Shown: positions 26,000-39,250 of the stretch, one piece after another
Layout of the letters: the number at the start of each line of letters is the position of its first letter
Numbering within the stretch: the first letter of the stretch is position 1
Notes under the pieces: generated by a model
What the model was told of the DNA's origin: nothing
Databases searched by the model: none
The model's input: only the letters and a program-made list of their open reading frames with translations
Position numbers and translations under genes: made by a program
Source: Moniliella sp. 'wahieum'
Lineage: Eukaryota
Reading direction: 5' to 3'
DNA: 64,000 bases
Assembly: GCA_003971905.1 (NCBI GenBank)
Contig: RSEE01000015.1
Span: 310,001-374,000, forward strand

Positions 26000-27202
26000 A
26001 CAGCTACACTACCCCTCCCTCGGCGCCCAAGGCCACTTCCCCCGCCGTTCCTCCCCCTGCTTTCACTGCCACGCCCTAGGCCACGACACGTAACATGGAC
26101 GCCGCCGCGGATGCGCCTACCGCGTCGGGCGCCACGTTGTACTCCAGTCCCCCTTGATGGGAAGACTAGGTTTCCGGTGTCCGTCGCACGGGATGACCAG
26201 TGTCCCCTCCCCCCATCTTACCTTACGCCTGGGGGCTGCAAATCTGATCCCGTAACCAAATATGGTGGAATGGTGGATTCCCTCCCTCCCCTTCCCCTTC
26301 TCTCTCGCCCTCCCCCCCCCCGTTCTCATCTCGTCTCTCTTGTGCACGAGGCTTCGGTGTGTGCTCCTAGTTTACTTCCTCTTCCTCTGCCCCGTTTCTT
26401 GTGATAAGGCTTGTCGTATTATCCTGTTCTTCCCCCCGGGCTCCTCCTGGACCGTTTCCCCCGCTTGATTGGGGCGGCCGCCCGCGGTGCTGGCTAACCG
26501 GATGGCTCATTGTTCCGCCTCGCTGATGCGGCGGTAGGTAACCGGTACCCTGCCATGGGGCGTGCCTCGCATGCACAGGCCACAGCCAACGAGGGAGGGA
26601 AAGGGAAGGGAAAGGGAACCCCCTTGCTCAGGGCCCTGGCCGGCGCGCAAAATAGCGGAGAACGGCACCGTATCCCGCAGGGCGTAGGGCCAAGTACGCG
26701 CGAAAGTGGGCACGGCGCGCGCGAGGCTGTAGACGTAGACCTTGGTTCAGCTGCCACCGCCTCAATTGGTATAGCACGGCAGGGGGTTGGCATGGATTGG
26801 GCGGGATCAGCCTGAGCGCTCAGCTGAGCGATAACCTTGCCTCTGCGTTTCCGTCCGTCGGTCGTGCAGCACAGCCCATGTACACCCCATAGCCCCGTGC
26901 GACGCGTGCGACGCGTGCACACGCTTCTATCAAGGGGGCTCTTGTGAGTCGCGTGACAAAAGCCCCGGTTCGGCCGCGCACGCCCACCTTGGGGCCGATA
27001 TACACGGATAGGAGGAGGGGCACAACGATTGATGCCCTCCCTTGGCAAGTGCCTCATTGATGAACGGAGGCCTTGACGGGGGGGGGGTCAGTGCGCTCCA
27101 GCCACCGGGGTCGGCGGGCCGAAGCTGATGGAACGTGAGGAGAAGGCTTGATTCGTTTGATGGGGTCCCGGTTGGTTTCGTGGTACGCAGGATAAAAAGA
27201 GT

Positions 27203-27300
27203 TGCTTCAAAGGGGAATCGAACCCCTGTCACATCGAAGTCCCACAGGCGCGGGGCCAGTCTGGCAACGATGTAGTGTAGTATACCACAACCATTGAAGC
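27203..27300 (-). tRNA. tRNA-Gly(GCC) with a 24-nt intron (27261-27238)
   Basis: Acceptor stem GCTTCAA/TTGAAGC plus discriminator A. Anticodon arm CATCG-TT-GCC-A^T-CGATG with the intron at position 37/38. T arm AGGGG-TTCGATT-CCCCT. Downstream TTTTT Pol III terminator. The D arm pairs poorly. Confidence 0.85.
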
Positions 27301-29060
27301 GTACAATACCCTTATGCTACAGCTTCACCCCTTTTAGGTCCTGCCTTCTCGTAGTTCGGCCCACCGTCTAGTAGCTCATACCGAGCATGGACCAAATCCA
27401 TCTCCATTGTCAGAATCACACCGTGCTAGGGGGCCCTTGCCCACTAGGCCCGTATGGGCACTATGGCGTGATTCCTATCAGTTGGGAGATCCTGTGTCCA
27501 CCTCTCGACTGTGCCCCTTCCTGAGGAGGTCATATACCTCCTCTGCGTCCATAGATGTATGCAATCCATCTGCACCCCCCCATCTCCGTCTCCTGACATC
27601 CATCAAGCCATCCTAGCTTGCACTCGTTCCTCAGTTCCTATGGTATCACCTTTTCTTGTCTTGCATCGCAATTGCATGGTGTGGATCCAATAGTCATAGC
27701 GACCATCATCTCGAATGAAGCTCAACGTCCCAACTCCTCATCACATCCCTCACCTCTTCTGTGGACTTTTTCAACTTCGTTCTTGTCACCCTCTTCTCTG
27801 TTTTCGGAGAGTGAATCAATGGCACTCCTTCCCAATTCCTGCCGTAGAATGTAACCAAACGAGGGGTCACTGGGATGCGGTTCAATGGACTCTTACTTTA
27901 CACACTCAGGCTTTTTCCATCGGGCGAAGACTTTCCTGTACATACATGCTTCCTCCCGGAGATTTATATCGCAAGGCGAGGGCAGGGAGTCGCCCCCAAT
28001 CTTCCCCCTCTGGCCTTGACGCGACGAAAGGGGTGCCATCCAGAGGACTCATAAACGGATGTCTCATCATGGCGGTGTGGTAGCTAAAAAGTCACGGTGG
28101 TCCTGGGTTTTTACTTATGGCGCACAGGTCCACCACGGTAATGCTTACCCTTTGGCGCTACATGATATGCTTTGGAAACGAATCGCCCGGGAAGCAGAGG
28201 GTTATATCTGATGATGCGAATGCCGAATGACATCCTATAATTGGGTTTAGGGGCGAAGAGCAAAGTGTCAGCAAACGACAGATGAGCAAGCCGGCATCAG
28301 TGGTGATGGAAACAAACGCATATGATGAGATCGACTCTTGGCACATGTTGTTTTTGTCACGATCGCCTGTTGCAGTAAACGAGACAGTGCCTTCTCCCAA
28401 CGTCCGACATAAGCGCGGACGTCTTAGCATCCTCCGGCTCCTGGACGGAAGCTGTTTCGAAACTGCTGTCAAACCAACGCGACAGTGAGGTCGACGCTGG
28501 GGAGGGAGTGCGAATGCATAGTATAGTGGCTGGCGGTCTTCTGAGTTCCATGTGGCGGCAAACAGCCTCTGGACTACGTCGCAACCTTTGTGCATGTATA
28601 GTTTTACTTGAGAGCTCATGCGTCATCAGCGGCCGGGCCCCCGTCGTTCCGGTAAACGATGAGCGCCCTAGCCGTAGCAGACTGCAAAACTACGGGGGGC
28701 CCACACAATATAGCGAAGAGGTATATGGCCAGTATAGCAGGCAGTATAGCTCGTCGTCACCCGTCCTTACCGTGTTTTCCCTGCATCAATTCCACAAAGG
28801 CCAGCGCTATCTGTTCTGGGACTCGACCTCCGACTCAGCTGCTACATTCACTCTATAGATGCAGCATTGCAGGCGGGAGGGAGGGAGGGGGGGGGGGGGG
28901 GGGGTGGGGGGTAGAGACAGGGGCGCAAGCCCCGCTCAACGTTTTTAGATTCAAGAGACGAGACTCCATAACAAACAGGTGAAGCAAGGCGAGCAAAGCA
29001 AGCTTGCTTTACATATTCAAGAGACCAGACTCCTTAACAAAAAAGAGGCATAGAGCCAAC

Positions 29061-29707
29061 TCACTGCTGGGCAGCAGCACGTGGTGGAGCTTGAGGTTCT
29101 GGACGAGAGGGCCGTGGGTGTTGACAAACTGGAGGTAGCAGCCGTCCTGATGATACGGTTCTCGGCCATGGCCTGGGTGAACTGGGTGCGGTCGAGCTGG
29201 GTGAAACCCCACTTTTCGACACGATGATCTTCTGGCGACCGGCAAACTTGTACCGGGAGCGACGCAGAGCCTCGAGCACAGCAGCCTTGTTGCTGTCCTT
29301 GCAGCGGATCGAGATCAGCACCTGGCCAATGTCGACACGGGCCACCGTCGTAGGGCTTGCCCCAGGCACCACGCATACCGTCTGCAGACGGTCAGCGCCA
29401 GCGCAGAGCATCTTGTTGATACGGATCAGTGGAAGGGGTGCACACGGATGCGCTGTGGAAAGCGTCCTTGCCCCGTCTGACACACTTGTTGGCGCAAATA
29501 CGCGCAGCCTCAAGCGCCTCCGAGGTGATCTGCTGGTGCTCGTCGCACACCATGTGGGCACAGAAGGGGAAGTCATCGACCGACGCACGCTTGCGGCCCA
29601 GGTCAAAGATGGGATCTTGGGCTCGGGCACACCACGGTTGTAGCGCGACTTGGGGTAGGGCTTGTTGCAGTGCAGTAGCGGTAGCAGCGCGCAGGACGAC
29701 GACCCAT
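29061..29707 (-). CDS. RPL10: 60S ribosomal protein L10 (uL16), heavily disrupted by indels in this sequence
   Basis: [91 protein letters not shown] and KWGFT. 3' end approximate. Confidence 0.93.
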
Positions 29708-30662
29708 CTTGATGAACTTGGCGGCGGTGGTGGTGAGGCACAGCCAAGCAGAGCGGCCAGGTGGCCACGAGGACCGGGCGGCGTGTGCGGAACCCTAACC
29801 GGAATTGAAAATCATGGCTCAGAACGGGGGCACTGTCGGCATTGCTGCGGCAAGGGAAAAATTGGCGTCAGGTGGTTACGCAAGGGCCGCCCCCCCCCCT
29901 GCCGGTGATAGAGGTGATCTGGGGCCGTGGCTACGACAGGGTGTGCGGTTGGGCGGAATATGCGTCTGGTTTCCAGTGCAATCGCCCATGGAGTCTGACG
30001 CGGACGGTCTGGTCTGGGCCTCAGGTCGGCAGGCGCAGGGTGTGTGAAGCGTGCGGACTGCGAGCGGTATGCTTTCCTAGTGAGAGAGCGGGTTAAAAGC
30101 AACGTGATAGATTCATGCCTGCTGAGGGGAGGGGTAGCAGAAGGAAGGGATGGCCAAAATGGGCGGGGGGGTGGGGCATGAGGCGGGGGCCAGGGCCTGA
30201 CTGAATACGTACGTGGCCCATATCCGCCATGCCTTGGCCAAGGGCGGAATCGCAGCGGAGCGGAACTGCGATGCAAGGGGAGCGCTAGCGCAGCGCGGCA
30301 GATGTGATGACATGGTGGGCCTGGCAGGGGTCAGTGGTTGCCATACACTGGTGCCGTGCTGGGGTGCCGGGGCGGAAGGGCGAGACGGGCCCCGTGAGAC
30401 GAGCGGAATGGAGGGGTGCCCCACGGGGGCAGGTGGGTGATGGCCTCAGCGGGCGGCTGGGCCGGGGCGCGAGAAGGGCGAGACGCGTGCAGGCAGCTGG
30501 CCGCTGCCGCGCCGACCCGTGCCGAGGCTGGCCCACCCAGGCCGACGCCCGCAGACACGGTACATGCCCCCGCCCAGCACCGCCAGCACCCGCAGCGCAT
30601 CCACCACCATCGCCCGCGCCTTCTCCGCCGACGGGCTCCGCCTGCCCTCTCTCTGCCCCACC

Positions 30663-32770
30663 ATGCTCCCGGCGTGCAAGAGCGCCGACGTCAATCTGCT
30701 TGTGTACCACTACCTCAAGGAGAGCGGCTTCACCCACACCTGCTTTGCCCTCCGCCACGAGGCCCGCCTCGACGACGACCCAACAGCCAGCACGCCGTCG
30801 TCGAGCCCGGCGCCCTTATCCGCACCCTCCAGAAGGGCCTGCTCTACCTTGCCGTTGAGGCCCACATCAACCCTGTGCGTGTGCTTACCCTCCCCCCCCC
30901 CATCCGTCTTGCTGCGTCCCCATGCTTACTTCGCCTGCCATGACACGCGCACAGGATGGATCCGAGGTGGCCTGCAGCGCGCCCTTCCGCCTCATCGGCC
31001 CTCCCCACGTCTGTGACGGCCGCACCTCCCCTCCGCCCGAACCGCGCAAGGAACGCCTCCTATCCTCAGCGGCTCACTCCTGATCCGGACCCGAAAGAGC
31101 GCCGAGAATTTGCTGACGCCGCAACACAGACCTTCCCGCCGCCGCCGCCGCCGCCGTCACAGCCCCAACCCAACGGCGGCGGCCCGAAGCGGAAGCCAAG
31201 TGAGGAGCAAGGCTCACTTCCCCGAAGCGATAAGAGGCCACGTAGGGAGCTCTCAGAGCCTCCCACAAGGAACGAGGGCAGGAGAGGCTCCGATGAGGAT
31301 GAACCCCCCGATTCGGACTCGGCAATGAGCAAGAAGAGAAGCGCAAGGGCTATAAGGAATCTAAGAAGGCCCGCTCGGTTCCCGACCCAGGCTTTCATCC
31401 TTACCCACGCCAGGTGGAGGATGGGACCCAGTTCACGTCGGACGAGGTACAGGTCCTGACGGGGCATGTGGGCGAAGTCTTGTGTCGGCGTGGAACCCTA
31501 CGGTGCCCGACTTGGTTGCCTCGGGCGCTGGGGACGCGACGGTTCGAATCTGGGACTTGAGTCTTCCGGGAAAAGAAGGGGTGGAACCCATTGACCCTAC
31601 GACTGGGCCCACAGCCCGCTCCCAGACGACCAAGATGATTTGCAAACACCTTCCTGCAACTCACGCAAAAGACGTGTCCGCATTGGAGTGGAACCCAGAT
31701 GGAACGCTTTTGGCTTCCGGTTCATACGATGGGATCTTGCGCCTCTGGACACCCCAGGGGGACCTCCATCTGGTTATGTCTATGCACCAAGGGCCCATCT
31801 TTAGCGTGCACTGGAACCGGCAGGGCACACGTCTTTTGACGGGTTCAGCCGACAGCACGGCTATTGTCTGGGATCTTGGGACTGGGGGGTGTTGCAGCAG
31901 TTTGCTGTGCACTCGGACAGCGTCCTGGATGTGGATTGGCTTTCCTCTCCCGGGGATCTGGCTGGCAGCGGGTGGCAAGACGATATCTTTGCCACCTGCA
32001 GTGCTGACAACACCATTGATCTCCTCAAGCTCGGGGAGGGGAAACCACTTCGCGTCCTCAAGAGCCACGAGGACGAACGAAGTCAACGCCATCTCTTTTG
32101 ACCCGTCCAACACACTGTTAGCCTCTGCGTCTGACGACATGACGGCTAAGATCTGGATGGTGGATGCTGCACTTGAAGGACTAGGGGGGGGAGGGGACTC
32201 TCTCCGGCTTCGCGCAGGCGCACGCGACCGACCGACGAGGCGCGACCGCTCCTCCCTCGGACTCGACAGAGCAGGAGAAGGAAACTCCCCTGCCCGATCC
32301 TCCCACGTCGAGCAAATCCTCCCGGAGCGCCAAGTGCCTCAAGTTCACTCTTGCTGGCCATACAAAAGAACTGTACGCGCTCTCTTGGGCGCCACAGGGC
32401 CTAAGACTGCCAACGAAGCCCAACCTCGCATGTTGGCCACGGCATCGTTTGACCACACGGCGCGGATCTGGAACGCCGATACAGGCACGTGTCTTCGGGT
32501 GGTGCGGGAACATACCGACTCGGTTGTCGCACTAGCGTGGTCCCCGTGCGCACGCCTCTTGGTGACCGGGGGGATGGACGGATGGTGCTGGTAACGCGCG
32601 TACGCGATGGAGTGATTGTCAAGCGCTTCAAGGCAGCTGGGGGGGTGATGGACATTCAATGGCACTCGGACACGGATCCGCAGAGCCACCATCTCGGGCC
32701 CGACTGAGCATTGCCCAGCAGAACCGCATCTTGACTGTGTTGTGGATTCGGGAGCTGGCGGTGTGTGAGA
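30663..32770 (+). CDS. SIF2: LisH + WD40 protein, SIF2/TBL1 (Set3/NCoR HDAC complex)
   Basis: LisH SADVNLLVYHYLKESGFTHTCFAL followed by PGALIRTLQKGLLY..VEAH. WD40 repeats WNP..LVASGAGDATVRIW, DVSALEWNPDGTLLASGSYDG and EVNAISFDPSNTLLASASDDMTAKIW. Intron 30875-30954. End approximate. Confidence 0.92.
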
Positions 32771-33079
32771 AGGGAAAATCCGGTGATTTATCTGGGCAGC
32801 TCTCAGGGGGAGGGAGGGAGCAGCATTGTATTGCCGGGACCCCTGCTGCCGAGTGCGGTTTACTAGCACCCCCTCGCCAACGACGCGTTGGTTTCACTGC
32901 TCGTGTTTGCCTCCTATGGTTTGTCTCTTTGTACCGCTGTACTGTACTGGTCTACCCCAAAGGACCCTCCGGCCTGCCGAGCGGACGGGGACGCAGGCCA
33001 TGCCCTGTTCAATTATGGGTTGGTTTGCGTATCTACACATTCATAGCCGGCTCAAAAGTGCAAGGGAAGAGAGAGGCAA

Positions 33080-33128
33080 GCGAGAAGAAGGAAGTAGGCC
33101 CCCGCGGGGCCTACTTCCTTCTTCTCGC
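33080..33128. repeat. Perfect 23-bp inverted repeat with a 3-nt loop
   Basis: GCGAGAAGAAGGAAGTAGGCCCC-cgc-GGGGCCTACTTCCTTCTTCTCGC. Confidence 0.97.
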
Positions 33129-33172
33129 ATGGAGGAGGTATGACGTGAATGAGCAATCTCACCGATCCCATC

Positions 33173-35171
33173 TCAAATAGGCAATTGATATACGATGTTG
33201 CTCGTGCAGTTGGACACGGACCGAGTGGCGCCAAGCAAAGTATTCTTCCGCCCGAGGATGGGATGCACCCGCGGAGAGAGGCGGAGCAGAGTGTATATAA
33301 CCAATGTTAGGTCGGGTCGCATGCGCAAGCGCTTTGAGCTTAGAGTAGGTGTAGGTGTACCACTGCTGCGTCTGCGACAGCGGTGGCGGATCGGCCGCAA
33401 AGATGTCATCCACGTTTGTTTCTTGTGTGCTGACCGGCGTGAGTGAGTGGAAGCAGTAGACTCGACACATCCACACCTTCCACCCCAAAAGACGGGTAAG
33501 CAAACGCGCGATCTCACCCTGTTGGTTGAGGCGGATATGGTGGTCGTCAAACGTGTACCTCTAACGTGCCGAGACGGCGAAGCGGGCGACAGTTACGGAG
33601 GTGCCAAAGAAGATCTTTCAGCAAACCTTCCACGATGTTCACATCTGCCGCTGAGCCGATGCACCAAACTCATATACATATGCGCCCACAAACGTGCAAA
33701 CTGGGGTGGAAGTACATGCCCTATTATTCTCGATCGGGTGGAAGCCCAGGGGTGCCAATGCACCTTGGAGCTTGCGGGACCAGCTGGTGCGCACGTCATC
33801 TACCCCATACACGCCCTGCGCAGCTTGAAGAAGGCTCGACCGTGTCCATCGGGTGCACCGCCAAACCCGGCGGCTGCGGCATGTAGATGTCTTCCTCAAC
33901 CTCCTCACTCATGGAGGTAGGGGTTGAGAAAATCAAATGGTGCAGGACCAGGTCCGAGGTTACACGGCCAACACGGTGCGGGGAGACATGATCCTCACTG
34001 GCCAGTCGGGGCGAGCTGACGCGCAGATAGATGCACTTGCCTTACCACCCCCCTCCTCGCCCGGGCTGGGCTTGCAGATAAAGTGGGCGCGAGCAGCTGC
34101 TTGGTTTCGCGCATCAGCGCCATCTCGGGCCTGTCCCAGTCGACCAAGTCCCAGCTGTGGATCGCCTCAAAGTGGGGCATCCCAGCCTTAACAATGGAGA
34201 GCCAGGTGTTTCGGCGTCAGGGCCAGTAATAGCCTGCCGAATGATAGGCCGGTTGAGGTCGGAAGCAGCGTCCTTTTTTCTGCAGTAGCCAAGAGGACGA
34301 CGCGGAGGTACGGTGCTTGTCAATTGGGGTAGCAAGGTTAGCAGAGTGATGGTAAGGAGCGGGGTAAAAAGTTGGCGGACTACCGGCATCACCTCAGGTG
34401 ATGCGACAGATGGCGGGGAAGGCTCCTCCTTTACCGTTTCCAGTACCCTGGTTTCCACGGGGCTCTGACGGTACGCATGCCCTCGTCCCTCAGCGTCATA
34501 GCAACAAAAAAGTCAACCAGAAGGGTTATGTGTAACGCCACGGTGCGCCTCCCCGGTCCAACTCTGCCGCGGCCCCATCGCTCTCCCAAAACTGGAGACG
34601 TTTGCGGTGCTTGATGGATACACAAAGAGCGCAAGGTAGGTGTCACACAACGAGGGGTATATGGTAAGAACTGGCGGTGGAGAAGAAGGAACTTCTGATC
34701 TTCCCCCGCTGAATAGCCGTCCTTCTCCATCCATTCGAGGATGATGCGCAAACGAGCGCGAAAATGAGCAAATGATTCGTGCCTGCAACAGTGGTGCAAA
34801 GAATGCTGTGTCAGCCGCGCCAGTCTGTGGGGTAAAAGCGGGACAAACGCAGCCAAGTGGCACTTTTGTAGAGCAGTAAGCTCCTGGCAGAACTTAGTGT
34901 CTGCTTGCGCCCGAGGAAGCTATCAAGCTCCTTGAGATTGACGTAGGCGATAGAGAGGCGACGGATGTGGTGCGCGTGCTGGAGGATGGGCTCGCTCAAG
35001 GCAGAAGAATGGCATCGCGAGCGTATTGGCGCACGCGCTCAGTGTGGTGTCGGCACAGTGAGATGGATTCGATGGCTCGGCCTTGGAGCTCAAGGGAGAC
35101 AATCTCCGAATGTGAGGCCCAGTTCTAGGCCAGGAAGCTGTCGCGTCACTGGCAATAGCGGATACTGTCAC
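33173..35171 (-). CDS. Hypothetical, possibly leucine-rich-repeat-like protein (fragmented)
   Basis: Overlapping minus ORFs with Leu-rich segments (HIRRLSIAYVNLKELDSFL; TPTLRSLCI; PLLTITLLTLLPQLT). No clear family. May be a pseudogene. Confidence 0.3.
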
Positions 35172-36471
35172 GGAGGATGGGTGCGCGCGGGCCAGCTCTT
35201 GGCTGAAGAGCAGCGTGGGGGTGTGGGTCGCAGGGGGGGGGGGGGGGGAAGGAAGGAAGAGGGGGAGGGGGGAATGTTAAAATGATTGATCTGCCAGACG
35301 AGTGGGGGACGACAATGTCTAAGATCTAACGTCCTAACCAGACATGTCGGGATCAGACTCATCTGGTCACCGATGCTCACCAGATTGACTGGACCCTGTT
35401 TTGTTCTAGACCCTGTTTCCCCCTTTTGGTCTATGCTCCCCTTTGTTTTCTCCGTGGGACTCAGCTCACTTGTCCTCCTCTTCTCCGAGGTATATATACC
35501 TCGCTCCCATGCCACTCGATGAATATGATCTCTATCCTTTCCCCCATCTCCATCTCCTGTTAAGACAAAAAAGGAGAACAGCACTAAAGATGATTGTCGG
35601 GGGTTGCGGATATGGAAGGGATGGTGCCAGGGTCCAGACCTTTCAGGACCATTTTGTTTGCTGTGTGGCGCAGGAGGCTGTCATACGCCACACTCACACG
35701 CACATACTGCCCGCATCCACCCGCAAGTCTCGCTTGGGAAACGGCCTTTTCTCTCATCTCGAGGTTATGGGGCTTTTGATATGGTCGCTTTTTGCCGATG
35801 ACCGTCAGGAAAGGCCATATCGCTGAGACGTTGAAGCACTGTCCAAGCTTGGTTCGGCGTGGCTGGCGCTGACGCGTGACGCGACCGGCAATCGAGCATC
35901 GATTAGGTCGATTAGGTTAATCATTAATCACTATTGAATTAATCAATCATCGAGGTCCAGAAGCACCCGGCGTTGCGTTGATGTAGGGTTGGTTATAATA
36001 GCGCACCCTTGGACTGCATCAACCTGCTTTGCTTCCTCTCTTCCTCCATGGAAGTGGGCTGTCTATCCGTTGATCGTGCCTTCAAAAAGGGTATTTCAGA
36101 GAGTGATGCAGTCCGGCTTGTAATTCAAAGCAAAATAGCGAGGCGCAATAAAATCTGATGGCGTATTTTCTCTTTTTTCTCTCTTTTACTTAATTCGCGG
36201 AATCCCGCAAGACTGGGCTAGTGCCTTGGACCTTTTCGCCCCTTGAATGTTCTTGCCACAATTTCCAATTCAATTCGCTGGCTCAATTCTAATCGATGTT
36301 GAAGTTCAACGTTCAATCCAATTCATCTCCCACCACCACGCCACTCGCATCCGGTAAGCGCCATAAACAACATCAAAAGAGTAGTTTCTTACGCAAAACT
36401 ACGCACAGTGAGATTCCACCAAAGCATCACCCACCTGTATCGCTATCTCTGCCAGTAACCCTTGCGACGAG

Positions 36472-38474
36472 ATGCCTGAAACCTCCCAGACCCCGGCCTC
36501 CACACGGAAAGCCTCCGCAAGCGTCGCCACAGAGATCACAAGGACAAAGATCATGCTCGCAAAAAGGAGCGCCGCGAGAAGAAGAGGCGGAATAAAGAAC
36601 GCAAGGAGCGCCATGGCAAGGACAGCAACATGGAGACCACCAATCGCAGCTTCTACTCCGACGCGCCCGAGGCAGACATGAGCTTTGAACCCGGCGAAAA
36701 GACCACCGACACGGCCTTCACAGCGAATGACGAGGAGTCACTTCAGCTGGCTGAAGAGAGCGTTGGCGATCCATCGCAGCAGCAGGCGGAGGCCCACCTT
36801 TCCCCCATTCTAGCGGAGCCACACCTTGAACCCGAGCCATCAAGCCAGGCAGATTCACAGCTACATGCTGGGGTGCCCGAGCCCTCATGGCAGGATTCGT
36901 ACGCTGCAGGGGAATCTGCGTCTGAGCTTCGTCAACGTTCGAGTAGCAACGAGCTGCAGGAGCATGAAGCCGTGCCCACGCCAGAGGAGGCCGCGCCAGC
37001 CACGCCGGAGGCGGCCGATGATGACGACGACGACGTGGCTGTATTGGACACCCGCCTGCTCCGGTCGCGAGAAAGCGCGGACGGCCGAGCAACAAGGAGT
37101 TGGCGGAACGTGCCAAAGCAGCTGGTGTGGCGACGCCTGCAGTGCCTTCCACCGCGCCTAGGAAGCGCGGTCGGCCGAGCAGGAAGGCGGCACAGCAACT
37201 AGAGGATGAAGATGCTGACCGCCCTTCAGAGGAACCTTTGGATGAAGGGCAATCTGCGCTTGAGCCTCCCCAAAGCCCTGGTAGCGATGCGTCACAGGAG
37301 CATGAAGCCGTGCCTACGGAAGAGGAGGCCGCGCCAGCCGCTCCGGAGGCGGTCGACGAGGACGACGGGGCTGCATTGGCCGCCCCCCCCGCCCCGGTCG
37401 CGAGAGAAAGCGTGGACGGCCGAGCAAAAAGGAGTTGGCGGAGCGTGCCAAAGTAGCTGGCGTGGTGACGCCTGTCTCGCCCCCCACAATTCCCAGGAAG
37501 CGTGGCCGGCCGAGTAAGAAGGACCTTGCTGCACGCGCAGCGGCTGCTGCAGCGGCTGCGATGGCGATTGAGAACAACGGCGCCACAGACGCTGGCGAGT
37601 CGTCTCTGCCCAAGGCACGCAAAGCATCGCAAGCCCAAGTGCCGAGTGTGGACGTGCCACCGCCGCCTCTTCACTCGATTCCCCTTCCGCCGATACTTGC
37701 TGCTGGTCCGGCCTCGGGGACGGTCAACTTTATCGTGCTAGGTGGTCCGACCTTTGCGCGCTTGTTTTCTGGTATGTTGTCGAAGATCTCTTTGGGTTTG
37801 GGTTGACACTGACATTGGAACAGACATTCCTACGCTGGCTGCTATGGAATCGCTGGTGCGGGATCGGTTGGACTTGGACGCGACAGAAACGGTGTTGTTG
37901 GCCTATGCTTTCCGTGGCATGATGATGAGCTGCGTAACCAGACCGATTTCGCTGCGTTTGAACGCAAGATCAAAGCTCTTCCGCCTTGGACGCCGGACGA
38001 AGTGGTGATCTACGTCAAGCCGCCGGAATCCTACTCGTACCAGTTCATTTTCCCCCAGCTTTCGCATCAGATGCCTGTTGCCGCCGCCCCGGATGCGCCG
38101 CAGGATGATGCTATTGGACATGCGGCTGGGCTAGCGATGGGGACCCAGACTAGCGCGACTGCGGACACGGATGACGTGATGGCGTCCGATGAGGAACAGC
38201 AGAGTGCCGCAGAGAGCGATGAGTTGGAGACGACGCCGTTCGGGACACAACCGAAGAAAACGCAGAAGAGCCCTGCCCAAGAGGGGGGATGGCCAGTGTG
38301 CACGAGTGTGGGGTGTGCCACGCTACGCCGCACCATCCGCTTGCGGACTGTCCGTTGACGGTTGACACGGAGCTGATGCGGGCGCGGTACCAGGAACTGG
38401 TGGCACAGGGCCGGCGCAAGAACGCGTCGGAGCGCCTCGCCCAGCGCGAGCTGGCGCAGCTGCTTGCAAAGTAA
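36472..38474 (+). CDS. Acidic, disordered nuclear protein with 4 AT-hooks and a C-terminal CCHC-like zinc knuckle
   Basis: Basic NLS-like start (KKERREKKRRNKERK in a shifted frame). RKRGRPS appears four times across frames within a duplicated unit. ECGVCHATPHHPLADCP lies near the end. Probable intron about 37742-37823. Confidence 0.65.
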
Positions 38475-39250
38475 AGAGATGCGTGGAAGGTGTTGGTTCT
38501 GCTGGATGTCAATATGATTGATTTTTCTTGGTGCTCTTGACTGGGTCGTAGATGATCGCGATGATGGAAGAAGGGGGGGGAATTCGTAATGATGGCCCTT
38601 GCACTTCCGTGTTCGTAGAATAGCATTTGCCACCTTGAGTGGCAGGGACATTAGAACCGCTTCGCCTATACTAGGCCCGCTTTTCGAGCGTTTGCTATCA
38701 GCTCGTGCCCATCCAATCTTCATCAGGAGGCCAATGGTGTCGCCCGCAGGCCCAGACCTCTGCCTCCCGGCATTTGTTTTGTCCAAACAGTGACTGCAGC
38801 GTGAGAGGAGGATGAGCATGGCGGACGTGTTGGCGATGAAGCGCGGCCGTCTCCCACACGACAACACTGCAACCAAGTTCCTTCCGCCGGAGAATACTCG
38901 AAACCTCTGGGCAAAGGAAGAGACGGCGTGCCGATAGCATGTGTGCTGCTGGTCGCACTCGGTCTGCTCGGGCAGCCGATGCAGCTCCTTGGCCCAGCAT
39001 CGGCTGCGTAGATGCCTCATCGATCTCATCGTCCGTGGCCTCAGCCTGGCCTTCCTCGTCCCTTCGAGCCCCACGAGCACCTGAAAACCGACGCAGGCCG
39101 AGAGGGATCACGTGACCAGGGCCTCACGTGCGGAGAGCGGAAGGGGCGGAACAGCGGGCTTCTTGAGACGGGTGGATGGAGGGCTTAAGCACCCTGCTGT
39201 TCTTTTTTCGTGCGCCACCACGGCCAAGCAAGCAAGCAAGTGCGCCTACG

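Noticed and set aside
27400..28980. Short ORFs between the tRNA and RPL10
   Set aside because: No recognisable motifs or consistent coding frame.
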